From Myxococcota bacterium (GTDB lineage Bacteria; Myxococcota_A; UBA796; SXON01), in assembly GCA_040386535.1 (NCBI GenBank), contig JAZKFH010000013.1, positions 160,001 through 224,000 of the forward strand: 64,000 bases of DNA. The letters are read 5' to 3'. Positions 9,451 to 20,499 of this stretch are shown here, one piece after another. The translations under genes were made by a program, and so were the position numbers. Positions within the stretch are counted from its first letter, which is position 1; each line of letters begins with the position of its first letter. Under the pieces are notes generated by a model, which was not told the DNA's origin, did no database searches, and saw only the letters and a list, made by a program, of their open reading frames with translations.

Positions 9451-12057
9451 ATGCTTCGATTCACCCTCGAGAACGGGATGCGCGGCGTCGTCGACGCTTC
9501 GGGCCGCTCCGACGCCGCGGCCGTGTACGTCTGGATCAACGTCGGGAGCGCCGACGAGGCCCCCGGGATGGAGGGCGCCGCCCACTTCGTCGAGCACATG
9601 GTCTTCAAGGGCACGCGCTCCTACGGCGTGGGCGAGGTGGCGGCCGCCATCGAGACGCTCGGCGGCGATCTCAACGCGTGGACCTCGTTCGACGAAACCG
9701 TGTTCCACGCCACCGTCCCCGCCGACGCCGCGGTGCCCGCCATGCGCGTGCTCGCCGAGATGTTGCGGGACGCGCGGTTCGATCCGAAGGAGCTCGCGAG
9801 CGAACGCACCGTGATCCTCGAGGAGATCCGGGGCTCGGTCGACGATCCGGACAGCGTGCTGGCCGAGGCGACCTACCACTCGGCGTGGCCCGACCATCCC
9901 TACGGGCGCCCCGTGATCGGCACGACCAGGTCCGTGCGCGGCATGACGCGGGACGCGCTCCACGCCTTCTACACGCGCAACTACCAGCCCGCGAACGCCT
10001 GTCTCGCCGTCGCCGGCCCGGTTGATGCGGCGGCCGTGCGCGCCGCCGCCACCGAGCTCTTCGCGGGGGGCGGCGCCGCCATCCCCCGCACCGAGCGGCG
10101 CCCCATCTCGGGCCCGCGCAAGCCGCGCTTGTTGCGGCGCGGCTTCGAGGCGTGCCTGGTCGAGCTGGCGTATCCCGCGCCGGGGGACGGTGATCCGGCC
10201 ATTCCGGCGCTCGATGTGTTGTGCCTCGCGTTGGGCGGCGGCGCCTCGTCACCGCTGGAGTCGCGCTTGCGCCTGCGCGAGGGCGTGTGCCTCTCCGCGG
10301 AGGCGGGGCTGAACGTCGAGCGGGACGCGGGCATGGCCACCATCTCGCTCCACACGCGGGAGGGGCAGGCCGACCGCGCCATCGCGGGCGCCCGGGAGGA
10401 GATCGCGCGCGCGCGCGCCGGCGGGCTCGGCGAGGTCGAGGTCGAGCGGGCGAAGGCGCAGATCCTGGCCGAGCGGGTGTTCGGCCGGGAGACGGTGGAC
10501 GGGCGTGCCCAGGCGCTCGCGTTCCACACTGAGCGCTTCGGGGACCCCGAGGCGTGGCGCGCGTTCGACGCGGCGATTGCCGCGATCACGCCGGCGGACG
10601 TGGCCGCCGCGGCGCGCACGTGGCTGGATCCCGAGCGTGAGGTCGCGCTGGCGTTGGTGCCCGCGGGCGAGAAGGTCTCGCTCCGGCGGGCCCCGATCGG
10701 GGACATCTCCCTGGCGCCGCGCGACGTGCCGGCGCCGGTGGCCGCCCTCGTGGCGCGCGTCGCCGCGGCGTCCCTGACCCCGGCTTCCGCGCCCGCGACG
10801 ATCGGCGCCCGCGCGCCGTGGCGGGTGGTGCTCGACAACGGCGTGCGCGTGCTCTTCTGCCCGGATGACGGCGAGGTGGCCGGGATCCGGATCGCGGGGA
10901 TGGGCGGAGCGTTCGTGGAGAAGACCGGGAGCGCCGGGCGCGGATCCGCGTGGGCGCGGGCGCTCCTCCGCGGCGCGGGAGAGCTCGATGCGGTGGGCTA
11001 CGCCGCCGCCGTGGAGACCCTGGCGGGCTCCGTCAGCGCGTCCAGCGGCCGATCCTCCCAGGCGATCCGCGGCGAGTTCGTCGCCTCGCGGTTCCTCGAG
11101 GGGCTGGGCCTCATCGCCGAGGCGATGATGGCACCCCGCTTCGACGAGCTCGAGGTGAACCGCGTGCGCGACGAGCTCCTCGAGGCGCTCGCGGAGCGCG
11201 AGGACCACCCGGAACACCTCCTCGGCGAGAAGATGTGGGCGGCCGCCTACGGCGTGCACCCCTACGCGCTCTCCGCGCTGGGCACCGCCTCGATCATCGG
11301 CGGCCTGCGTCCCTCGCTCCTGGCCGCGCACCATCGCCGCTGGGCCACCGGAGCCAACCTCGTGGTCGGTGTCGCGGGCGCGTTCGATCCCGACGCCGTG
11401 CTCGACGTGCTCCGCCGCACCCTCGGGACCCTCCCCGCCGTCTCCGCCTTCGCGCTCCCGGCCCTGCCCGTGCGTCCGGACGAGCCCCGCCACGTCCACC
11501 TCCGCAGCGGGCGCGAACAGGCGCACGTGGCCCTCGCGTTCCCCGGGGTGGCCGTGGACGACGCGCACCAGCCCGACGTCGATGTGCTCGCCGCCGTGCT
11601 CGGCGGGCAGGGCGGCCGGCTGTTCGTCGAGCTGCGAGAGGCGCACGGGCTCGCGTACAGCGTGGGCGCGGCCTCGCACGAGGGGGTGCACCCCGGGCTC
11701 CTCGTGTGCACGGTCGCCACCGACCCGGAGCGCGCCGAGGAGGCGGAGCGGCGCCTCGACGAGAGCGTCGCGCACGCCGCGTCCGGCAGCATCACCGCGG
11801 AGGAGGTGGACCGCGCGCGCCGGTACATCCTCGGCGCCATCGAGCTTGATCTCCAGACCGCGAGCTCGCGCGCCAACCTCGCCGCGTACACCGAGTTGTA
11901 CGGGCAGGACGGCCTCCGGTATCGTTCCCTCGTGCGGCAGCGGATCGAGCAGGTTCAGGACGACGGGGTGCGGCGCGCCGCCGCGCAGCTGTTGGCGCGC
12001 CCGCTCGTCCGCGCGCGCCTGCTGCCGGCGGGCGCCTCCAAACAGGGTGGGCGATGA
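9451..12057 (+). CDS. M16 family zinc peptidase (two fused halves)
   Basis: HFVEH (HxxEH), NAWTSFDET and HPYGRP.IG; second half has RLFVELREAHGLAYSV. Confidence 0.92.
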   Translation: MLRFTLENGMRGVVDASGRSDAAAVYVWINVGSADEAPGMEGAAHFVEHMVFKGTRSYGVGEVAAAIETLGGDLNAWTSFDETVFHATVPADAAVPAMRVLAEMLRDARFDPKELASERTVILEEIRGSVDDPDSVLAEATYHSAWPDHPYGRPVIGTTRSVRGMTRDALHAFYTRNYQPANACLAVAGPVDAAAVRAAATELFAGGGAAIPRTERRPISGPRKPRLLRRGFEACLVELAYPAPGDGDPAIPALDVLCLALGGGASSPLESRLRLREGVCLSAEAGLNVERDAGMATISLHTREGQADRAIAGAREEIARARAGGLGEVEVERAKAQILAERVFGRETVDGRAQALAFHTERFGDPEAWRAFDAAIAAITPADVAAAARTWLDPEREVALALVPAGEKVSLRRAPIGDISLAPRDVPAPVAALVARVAAASLTPASAPATIGARAPWRVVLDNGVRVLFCPDDGEVAGIRIAGMGGAFVEKTGSAGRGSAWARALLRGAGELDAVGYAAAVETLAGSVSASSGRSSQAIRGEFVASRFLEGLGLIAEAMMAPRFDELEVNRVRDELLEALAEREDHPEHLLGEKMWAAAYGVHPYALSALGTASIIGGLRPSLLAAHHRRWATGANLVVGVAGAFDPDAVLDVLRRTLGTLPAVSAFALPALPVRPDEPRHVHLRSGREQAHVALAFPGVAVDDAHQPDVDVLAAVLGGQGGRLFVELREAHGLAYSVGAASHEGVHPGLLVCTVATDPERAEEAERRLDESVAHAASGSITAEEVDRARRYILGAIELDLQTASSRANLAAYTELYGQDGLRYRSLVRQRIEQVQDDGVRRAAAQLLARPLVRARLLPAGASKQGGR

Positions 12058-13349
12058 ACGACGAGCAGCTCGTCCGGGACATCTGGAAGAAGCTCCCCCA
12101 CCGCGATGTCGTGGGGCACCGCCTCGTGCGCGCCGTGGGGGCGCGCGGGTGGGAGAGGTTCCGCTTCGGGCGCTTCAAGCGCTTCTTCCAGCGGTGCGGC
12201 GTACCGGATCCCTGGGATCCCGCCGCGGTCGACAACGGGGTGGGCCTTGGCGAGGTGGGCGTGCTCGGCGCGCGCAAGGCCGTGGCGCACCACGCGGCGC
12301 CGCCGGGAGCCGCGGCGGCATCGGCCGCGAAGACCCCGATCGCGCCCAACGTGCCGAAGGCCCTGGCGGCCGCGGGCACCAAGCCCCCGGTCGAGGGCAA
12401 GCCCGCGCCCCGCATCGGCGAGATCCGCAAGGACGACACCGAGCTCCTCCGCAAGAAGTCGATGGAGGCGGAGAAGAAGAAGGTGGACCCGGCGCGCGCC
12501 AACCTCTTCAAGGTCAACCAGCCCGTGGCGAAGCTCCCGATGCGGCCGGTCTCCGCGGGGGAGAGCGACGCGCCGGCCACGCCGCGGCCGACCCCGACCC
12601 GGCCGACGGCGGCGCCGTTGTCGGAGGGTGGGCGGCCGCACATGCGCCCACCCGCGGCCGTGCCCGTGCGGCCCACCTCCGCGTCGCCGATCCGCCCCTT
12701 CCGCATGCCGGTCGAAGGCGCGCGGCGGGGCGTGTTGCCGGACGGCCCCGAAGAGGTCGAGGACATCGAGGAGATCGCGGCCCCGCGCCCATCGATGGAC
12801 CGTGGGTTCGACTTCGGCCTCGGCGGGAGCTGGGACGACGAGCCCGAGGCCGCTCCTCCGGTGCGCGCCCCCGCTCCATCAGCCCCGCCGCCGGATCCCG
12901 TCGCCGCGGCACCCGCGCGCGCGCCGACGCCCGCCCCGGCACCGACGCCCGCGCCACCTCCTCGCCCCGCCGCGCCCGTCCAGGCCGCCCCCGTGCGGCC
13001 GTCCGCGCCGCCCGTCCAGGCCGCCCCCGTGCGGCCGCCCGCGCCGACCCCTCCGTCGTCGATGGGCCCGCCGAAGCCGGCGCCGCCGCCGCGCCCCGCC
13101 AAGCCGGGCGGGGGCGGGCTCGACGATCTCTTCGGGATGGGCGGCAGCGGGGGAGGGGACACCACCCGCGTGCGCATGCCGAAGCGGGAGGAGGTCGACG
13201 CCTCCAAGCCGCGGCGCCCCATGGTCACGCCCGACGCCGATCTCGGGAAGGGCGGCATCGACCGCCGGCCCCCGCCGCACAAGCCGCCGTCCGTCACGCC
13301 GACGGGCGGGGGCGGCGCCGCGGATCCCGAGGGGGACGGGGGGGACTGA
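12054..13349 (+). CDS. Pro/Ala-rich hypothetical protein
   Basis: ATGA overlap with the M16 gene, GC-rich third codon positions, short N-terminal domain followed by a long low-complexity region. Confidence 0.7.
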   Translation: MNDEQLVRDIWKKLPHRDVVGHRLVRAVGARGWERFRFGRFKRFFQRCGVPDPWDPAAVDNGVGLGEVGVLGARKAVAHHAAPPGAAAASAAKTPIAPNVPKALAAAGTKPPVEGKPAPRIGEIRKDDTELLRKKSMEAEKKKVDPARANLFKVNQPVAKLPMRPVSAGESDAPATPRPTPTRPTAAPLSEGGRPHMRPPAAVPVRPTSASPIRPFRMPVEGARRGVLPDGPEEVEDIEEIAAPRPSMDRGFDFGLGGSWDDEPEAAPPVRAPAPSAPPPDPVAAAPARAPTPAPAPTPAPPPRPAAPVQAAPVRPSAPPVQAAPVRPPAPTPPSSMGPPKPAPPPRPAKPGGGGLDDLFGMGGSGGGDTTRVRMPKREEVDASKPRRPMVTPDADLGKGGIDRRPPPHKPPSVTPTGGGGAADPEGDGGD

Positions 13350-13353
13350 CCGC

Positions 13354-14052
13354 TTAGTACGGCTCGTCGTGATGCGCGGGGGCGGGCTCCGCGGCGGGCG
13401 CGGGTTCAGCCGCCGGTGGGGCGGGCTCCGGGGCTACGGTAGGTGCGGCAGGCGCCGCGGCGACCGGGTAGGCGAGCACCTCGCCTTCGTCGCCTTCGGT
13501 CGTCTCCAGCGCCTCGGGGGGCACCTCGACGGCGGCCGCGCGGTCCGCCGCACCGCGGATCTCCTCGGCCACGATCTCCCTCCGACGGCGCTCGGCGCCC
13601 GGCCACGAGGGCTCGACCCGGAGCATCACGGCCACCGCGGAGCTGCGCGTCGCCTCGGTGAAGAACAACCGGGACTCGAGGCCCACGCGGTGGAGCCACC
13701 CGGCGCGCGGCAACGTGGCCCGCGCGTAGAAGCCCCACACGGGGCCCGGCCAGCCGTTGCCGCCGTAGATGCCGCCGCCGAGCCCAGGGCCGCCGAGGCC
13801 CAGGCCGACCTCCCCCTGGAGGAGCGACGCGGGCACCACCTGGTCGCCCACGCCCGCCATCAGCAGGGAGCCCGACACGCCGACCCACGAGTCGAGCGGG
13901 CCGAAGTGCCAGCCGACGGTGAGCGTCGAGATCGGCGCCACGGTGATGAAGGCGCCGCGCGTGGACTCGCCGCCGCCCACCGCCGGGCCCACCGCGAGGG
14001 AGAGCTGCGGGGGGCGGGCCAACGCGGCGCCGAAGAGCAGGGTGACGAGCAT
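13354..14052 (-). CDS. Secreted hypothetical protein, possibly beta-strand/outer-membrane type, with an acidic Pro/Ala tail
   Basis: Signal-like N-terminus MLVTLLFGAALA, alternating Gly/hydrophobic strands, PAAEPAP repeats. Confidence 0.6.
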   Translation of the reverse strand: MLVTLLFGAALARPPQLSLAVGPAVGGGESTRGAFITVAPISTLTVGWHFGPLDSWVGVSGSLLMAGVGDQVVPASLLQGEVGLGLGGPGLGGGIYGGNGWPGPVWGFYARATLPRAGWLHRVGLESRLFFTEATRSSAVAVMLRVEPSWPGAERRRREIVAEEIRGAADRAAAVEVPPEALETTEGDEGEVLAYPVAAAPAAPTVAPEPAPPAAEPAPAAEPAPAHHDEPY

Positions 14053-14137
14053 GGGCGGACCCGGGTGGGGCGTTCACTGTAGCCACCACCGCGAGAACCG
14101 CCACCTGCCGGCGGGCTGGAGCCCCGCGCCTACGACG

Positions 14138-16249
14138 CTACTGCGCCAGGAGCAGCGCGTAGCCGGGGTGCTGCGCCCACACCATGCCGGCACGGGCGCG
14201 GCTCTCGCCGGCCTTCGTGGCATCGCCAGCGGCGGTCGCGGCGTCGGCCATGGCGAGCCACGCCATGCCGCTGGCGGGCGCGAGCTTCACGGCCATGTCG
14301 GCAGCCTTCTGGGCCTCGGCGGCATCCCCCGCGGCCGCGAGCACGATCGCCCAGCTGGCCCACGTGGACGCGTCGTTCGGGTTGGTGGCGAGCGCGTCCT
14401 GGAAGCGCGCCTTGACCGCCGTCCAATCCTCGTCCGCGCCCTTCGTGTCGCCCGCGGCGGTGCGCTCACGGCCACGCTGCGCGAGCAGCACGGCGTCGCT
14501 CGGGTCGGCCGCGATCATCGCGTCGAGGCCGGCCTTCACGCCCTCGGCGCCCTGCGACTGCCGAACGCCCTCGACGTAGAGGCGGACGAGCAGCGGATCG
14601 GTGTGACCGCCGTACTGGAGGCGCAAACGCTCGAGCTGCTTGCGGGCGGCGGGGAAGTCCTTCGGCGCGAGCGCGAGGTAGAGGCCCACGCGCGCGTCGT
14701 CCCCCGTGCCGTTACCGAGCTTCAACGCCTGGAGATAGGCGGCTTGCGCCGCGTCGAAGTTCCCGGCGAGCAGCGCGGCGTTGCCGGCCGCGAGCGGGAG
14801 CGTCGCGTCGAGGTCGAGCTGCGCCGGGTAGAGCGTCGCGACCGCGGCCGCGTTCTTCGTCTGGAGCTGCGCGAGCGCGAGGTGCCCGGGGGCGACGTGG
14901 CACGCGTGGCTCTGCGGAACCTGGCCCGTCCAGTCCTCCTTCTTCTTCTCGGCGGCGGCGTGCGCCTCGCTGATGTCCGTGCGCTCCGCGAGCGGGAGCT
15001 GCGCCCAGGGCTGGTACAACGCGCTGGCCTTCGTGAAGGGCTCGATGGCCTCGGCGGGGCGCCCGGCCGCGAGCAGCGTGCTGCCGTAGTTGGTCCAGAT
15101 GGCGCAATCGTCGGCCTCGGCGATGGTCAGCTCCTTGCGGAGCACGATCGCCTCGTCCAGGCGGCCGCGGGCTTCCAGGAACGTGGCGAGGGCGCCGGAG
15201 CCGGCGGTGCGCGCGGCGACCTTCTGCTCCTCGGTCGGCGCGGTGCCGTCGGCGGCGGGCTCGGCGTCGAGCGCCTTGCGGAGCGATGCTTCGAGGGTGG
15301 GCGCGTAGTCGGCCTTCTTCGAGGCGGCCGCGGGCTTCATGGCGAAGGCGCCGCTGGTCGGATCGATCGCGAGGTCCATCGAGCCGAGCACGTCGTGGCC
15401 GACCCCGGCGTTCCCCGCGAAGTGCCAGATCGGCCCCTGTCCCTTGCGCGCGACGATCGCCCCGCGGGTCACGCCGCCGAGCTCGATGTCGCGCCACTCG
15501 TGGCGAACCTCGGCCACCTGCACGCCCGGGGCGGCGGGCAGCGTCACGGCCACCTTCTCGCTGTTGGCGACGGTGTACCAGTCCACGCCCTCGACCTCAC
15601 GCGCGAGCCAGGTCGCGCTCTCCTCGATGGCGAGGCCCGCCGTCACCTCGACGCCCGACCATTTGACCGGGATCCCGTAGATGCCGCCCTTCACGGTCTC
15701 CTTCTCCGCGTCGCCGACCTTGACCTTCTTGTCGTTCATCGAGCGCAGGACCGGCCCCGGCGTCCCGCCGATGCCCGCGATGAGGCTCGCGCCGTCCGGA
15801 CCCGTCGCGAGGCGGAGCACGCCGGCAGAGGGCACGATCGCGAAGGCGAGCTCCTGGAAGCCGGGCAGGCCGAGCTCTCCGTCCACCGGGAGGGAGCCGC
15901 TGCCCGGAACCGTCGTGATCGACGCCTTGATCCCCTCGAGCGTCACCGAGCCGAGCGCGAGCGACTTGACCTTCGCGGTCTTCTCGCCTTCCTTGCCGGA
16001 GGGCTTCAACTTCAGCTTCGCCGCGGCGCCCTCGGTGAGCTTGAGCTCGCGATGGCCGGTGGCGAGGCGGAGGAACAAGCGTGTCTCGCCCGCGGTGACC
16101 TCGACGTAGCTGAAGGGGTCCTCCCCCACGAGCCCGGCGTACAGGGGCACTTCGACGACACCGGACACCACGGCCTCGCCCGTCGGCTTCACGGCGGCGG
16201 CGTGGGCGGCGGAAGAGCCGAGGGCGGCGAGCAGGAGCAGCTGGTGCAT
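14138..16249 (-). CDS. Secreted protein with two retropepsin-like (apparently inactive) domains and C-terminal TPRs
   Basis: Signal peptide MHQLLLLAALGSSAAHA from ATG 16249; TPR-like helices (W.NYG..L...GR..EA, A.KLAP....W). Confidence 0.7.
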   Translation of the reverse strand: MHQLLLLAALGSSAAHAAAVKPTGEAVVSGVVEVPLYAGLVGEDPFSYVEVTAGETRLFLRLATGHRELKLTEGAAAKLKLKPSGKEGEKTAKVKSLALGSVTLEGIKASITTVPGSGSLPVDGELGLPGFQELAFAIVPSAGVLRLATGPDGASLIAGIGGTPGPVLRSMNDKKVKVGDAEKETVKGGIYGIPVKWSGVEVTAGLAIEESATWLAREVEGVDWYTVANSEKVAVTLPAAPGVQVAEVRHEWRDIELGGVTRGAIVARKGQGPIWHFAGNAGVGHDVLGSMDLAIDPTSGAFAMKPAAASKKADYAPTLEASLRKALDAEPAADGTAPTEEQKVAARTAGSGALATFLEARGRLDEAIVLRKELTIAEADDCAIWTNYGSTLLAAGRPAEAIEPFTKASALYQPWAQLPLAERTDISEAHAAAEKKKEDWTGQVPQSHACHVAPGHLALAQLQTKNAAAVATLYPAQLDLDATLPLAAGNAALLAGNFDAAQAAYLQALKLGNGTGDDARVGLYLALAPKDFPAARKQLERLRLQYGGHTDPLLVRLYVEGVRQSQGAEGVKAGLDAMIAADPSDAVLLAQRGRERTAAGDTKGADEDWTAVKARFQDALATNPNDASTWASWAIVLAAAGDAAEAQKAADMAVKLAPASGMAWLAMADAATAAGDATKAGESRARAGMVWAQHPGYALLLAQ

Positions 16250-16519
16250 ACGGGGGTCCTCGAAACGAGCCAAACGGGGGGGCGCGAAGTATCCCAGGAG
16301 ACGGCCGTGATCCACCCGGCCGTCACGTCGCCGCCCGGTGCGCCGGCGCACTTCCGGCAGACGCCGGCCGCGAAGCCTGGAACGGGGCGGCACGTGTCGG
16401 TCTACACGCGCGGCCTCCCCGATCGGTTCAGCGCCAGTCCGAATCCGCCCTTCCTTGCGCGCCCACTTCCGACCGCGGGGCTGCGACCGGCGCTGGCCCT
16501 CGCGGTTGGCCCGCGATAG

Positions 16520-17815
<1,296 letters not shown>

Positions 17816-17864
17816 GCCGGGCTCCGCCTGCGCTATGATGCGGGCGAGCTGCGGAGCCTCTTCG

Positions 17865-18350
17865 ATGTCGATGTTGTTGCTGTTGTCGATCGGCTGCACG
17901 AACCTGGCCGAGCGCGAGTGGGTGGGCGGCGGGTCGCGGTATGCCTCGGGCTACGCGAATGAAGAGGACACCGCGACGGACACGGGGTCCACCGGCAGCA
18001 CCGAGGGGACGCCCGACATCGTCGGGGGCTCGTGCGTGTACGGCGAGGGCGAGGTCGCCGGGCAGATCTACATCGTCTGCGGCATCGCGGTAGACGACAG
18101 CAACGCCGACCTGCCCGGCGGCTTCGTCTACTTCACCCTGTCCGGCGATGGTGAGGTGCTGCTCGAGGATGCGCGCGGCATCGTGTCCGAAGACGCGAAC
18201 GCGAACACCGAGGCGCTCTACGCGAACGACAACGTCACCTTCACCGTGGGCCCGGTCGCCGAGGGCGTGAGCCACGAGATCGAGGTCTACGTGAACGACT
18301 ACACGCACAACAGTTCGGAAGAAACAACGGTCCCGGTCACCGGGGCTTGA
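17865..18350 (+). CDS. Acidic lipoprotein, hypothetical
   Basis: GGAG upstream of ATG 17865; MSMLLLLSIGC lipobox-like sequence. Confidence 0.65.
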   Translation: MSMLLLLSIGCTNLAEREWVGGGSRYASGYANEEDTATDTGSTGSTEGTPDIVGGSCVYGEGEVAGQIYIVCGIAVDDSNADLPGGFVYFTLSGDGEVLLEDARGIVSEDANANTEALYANDNVTFTVGPVAEGVSHEIEVYVNDYTHNSSEETTVPVTGA

Positions 18351-18410
18351 GTCCCCGCTTGTGGGACTGACCGCGATGCGGGTACGCTCTCCGGATACCC
18401 CGGAACCGCA

Positions 18411-19832
18411 TTGCGCGTCCTGCTGATCAACCCGTCGATGAACATGCAGAAGCTCGGTCGCTTCGCCGAGCTCCTGGAGCCGATGCCGCCGACCGGCATC
18501 GCCTACATCGCCGGCGCGCTGGTCGCGGCGGGACACCACACCCGCGCCGTGGACATGTTCGCCGAGAAGTTGATCGCCTCCGAGGTCATCGAGAAGGTGA
18601 AGCGGTTCGCGCCCGATCTGGTCGGCATGACCGTGCTCACCCCGTCGGCGCCCACCTGCGAGAAGCTCGCGGCGATGATCCGGACGGCATGCCCCAAGAC
18701 GAAGATCGTGTGGGGCGGCGTGCACGCCGACGTCTTCGCGAAGGACATCCTGCGCAGCGGCGCCGCCGACTACATCGTCAACCACGACGGCGAGGACACG
18801 GTCGTAGAGTTGTGCGCGGCGATGGAGTCCGGCCAGACCGATCTCTCCAAGATCGACGGCCTCACGTGGATGGACTATTCGGGCTCCAAGCAGGGAGATC
18901 CGGTCTCCAACAAGACGCGCGCGCTCCGTCGTGACCTCGACTCGCTCGCCTACCCCGAGTGGGACCTGTTCCCCTACCACCGCTACGGGCTCCTCCCGTT
19001 CGCGGACGTGGCCAAGCCCGTCCTGACGATGACCGGCAGCCGCGGCTGCCCCTATCGGTGCGACTACTGCTCGCTGCTGCACTCCGGCAAGGTGTACCGC
19101 CGTCGCGACCCGTTCAAGATCGTCGACGAGTACGAGTACTTGGTCGATCGGTACGGCGTGAAGCAGATCGGCCTCGTCGATCCGATCTTCCCGCTCGTCG
19201 TGAAGGATCTGCGGCCGCTCTGCGAGGAGATCGTGCGCCGCGGCCTCGACCAGAAGTGCTCCTGGCTCTCCGAGACCCGCGCCGACCGCCTCGACGAGGA
19301 GACCTGCCGCCTGATGTACGAAGGTGGCTGCCGCCGCGTGCTCATGGGCATCGAGTCGGGCGTCGACATGTTGCTCGGCAACGTGAACAAGAACCTCACC
19401 ACCGAGAAGGTGCGGTGGGGCGTCGCGAACGCGAAGAAGGCGGGCCTCTCTACCGTCGGCCTGTTCATGATCGGCATGCCCGGCGAGACCCCGGAGATGA
19501 CCCGCGAGACCATCGAGTTCGCGGTCGACCTCGATCTCGACTTCGCCAAGTTCGCGATCACCGTGCCGTTCCCCGGCAGCAAGCTGTTCGAGGACCAGTG
19601 GCAGAAGACCTTGTTCCGCGACGACTGGGAGAACTACACCACGTTCAACCCCGACGCCGACCGGCTCATCTACCACCCCGCCGGCTACGATCCCGAGCTG
19701 CTCGTCAAGATGCAGTCCTACGGCCTGCGCCGCTTCTACATGCGCTACGAGCAGGTCCGCCGGCAGCTGGTCGAGCTCAAGACCATCAACCCGAAGATGA
19801 TGCTCTACGGGCTCTACGGGATGGCGATCTAG
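18411..19832 (+). CDS. Cobalamin-binding radical SAM protein (class B methyltransferase-like)
   Basis: N-terminal B12-binding-type region (PP.GIAYIA, PDLVG, WGGVHA), SRGCPYRCDYC, GIESG, GMPGET and PFPGS. Confidence 0.92.
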   Translation: MRVLLINPSMNMQKLGRFAELLEPMPPTGIAYIAGALVAAGHHTRAVDMFAEKLIASEVIEKVKRFAPDLVGMTVLTPSAPTCEKLAAMIRTACPKTKIVWGGVHADVFAKDILRSGAADYIVNHDGEDTVVELCAAMESGQTDLSKIDGLTWMDYSGSKQGDPVSNKTRALRRDLDSLAYPEWDLFPYHRYGLLPFADVAKPVLTMTGSRGCPYRCDYCSLLHSGKVYRRRDPFKIVDEYEYLVDRYGVKQIGLVDPIFPLVVKDLRPLCEEIVRRGLDQKCSWLSETRADRLDEETCRLMYEGGCRRVLMGIESGVDMLLGNVNKNLTTEKVRWGVANAKKAGLSTVGLFMIGMPGETPEMTRETIEFAVDLDLDFAKFAITVPFPGSKLFEDQWQKTLFRDDWENYTTFNPDADRLIYHPAGYDPELLVKMQSYGLRRFYMRYEQVRRQLVELKTINPKMMLYGLYGMAI

Positions 19833-20487
19833 GCGGCCCCCAGTCCTCGACCTTCCACCCCCGCTTCGCCGCGATGCGCGCGAGGGTGGGGTCGGGGTGC
19901 ACGGCCACCGGGTGCCCGACCACCTCGAGGACCGCGAGGTCCGAGGCGGAGTCGGTGTAGAAGGTGGCGTCCGTGAGGGACTCGCCGAGCTGCTCGGCGA
20001 GCGCGAGGGCGTGGCCGAGCTTGCCGGGGCCGAAACACAACGAGCCCACGGCCTTGCCCGTGAAGAGGCCCGCGCCGTCGACCTCGAAGCGGTTGCACAA
20101 GGCGTGCTGGATGCCGAGGGCCTCCATGACGGGGTCCGCGAGGTAGCTCGACGTGGAGCTCAACAAGGCGAGCACGTCGCCGCGGGCGCGGTGGCGCTCG
20201 ACCGCTTCACGGGCGCCCGGACGGTAGGTCGCCAGGACCTCGTCGGCGTAGAACGTGCGCGTGCGGGCGATGACGTCGGCCTCGGGGGTGCCGCGCAGGG
20301 TGCCGATGGCGTCTTCCAGCACGCCTTCGAGGCGGGAGAAGCCGAGGTGGTAGCCGAAGATCCAGGCCGCCGCCTTGGTGGCCTGCCAGCGCCCCATGTG
20401 GCCCAGGCGGACCTCGCGCCGCACCCAGAGCTGGCCGGCGTTCACCGAGAGCAAGGTGCGGTCGAGGTCGAAGAACGCGATGGCCAT
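19786..20487 (-). CDS. HAD-IB family hydrolase (SerB-like)
   Basis: AFFDLDRTL motif I, C.G.GK, FYTDSASDL and VGHPVAVHPD. Confidence 0.9.
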   Translation of the reverse strand: MAIAFFDLDRTLLSVNAGQLWVRREVRLGHMGRWQATKAAAWIFGYHLGFSRLEGVLEDAIGTLRGTPEADVIARTRTFYADEVLATYRPGAREAVERHRARGDVLALLSSTSSYLADPVMEALGIQHALCNRFEVDGAGLFTGKAVGSLCFGPGKLGHALALAEQLGESLTDATFYTDSASDLAVLEVVGHPVAVHPDPTLARIAAKRGWKVEDWGPPRSPSRRARRASSSG

Positions 20488-20499
20488 GTCAGCGCCCTA

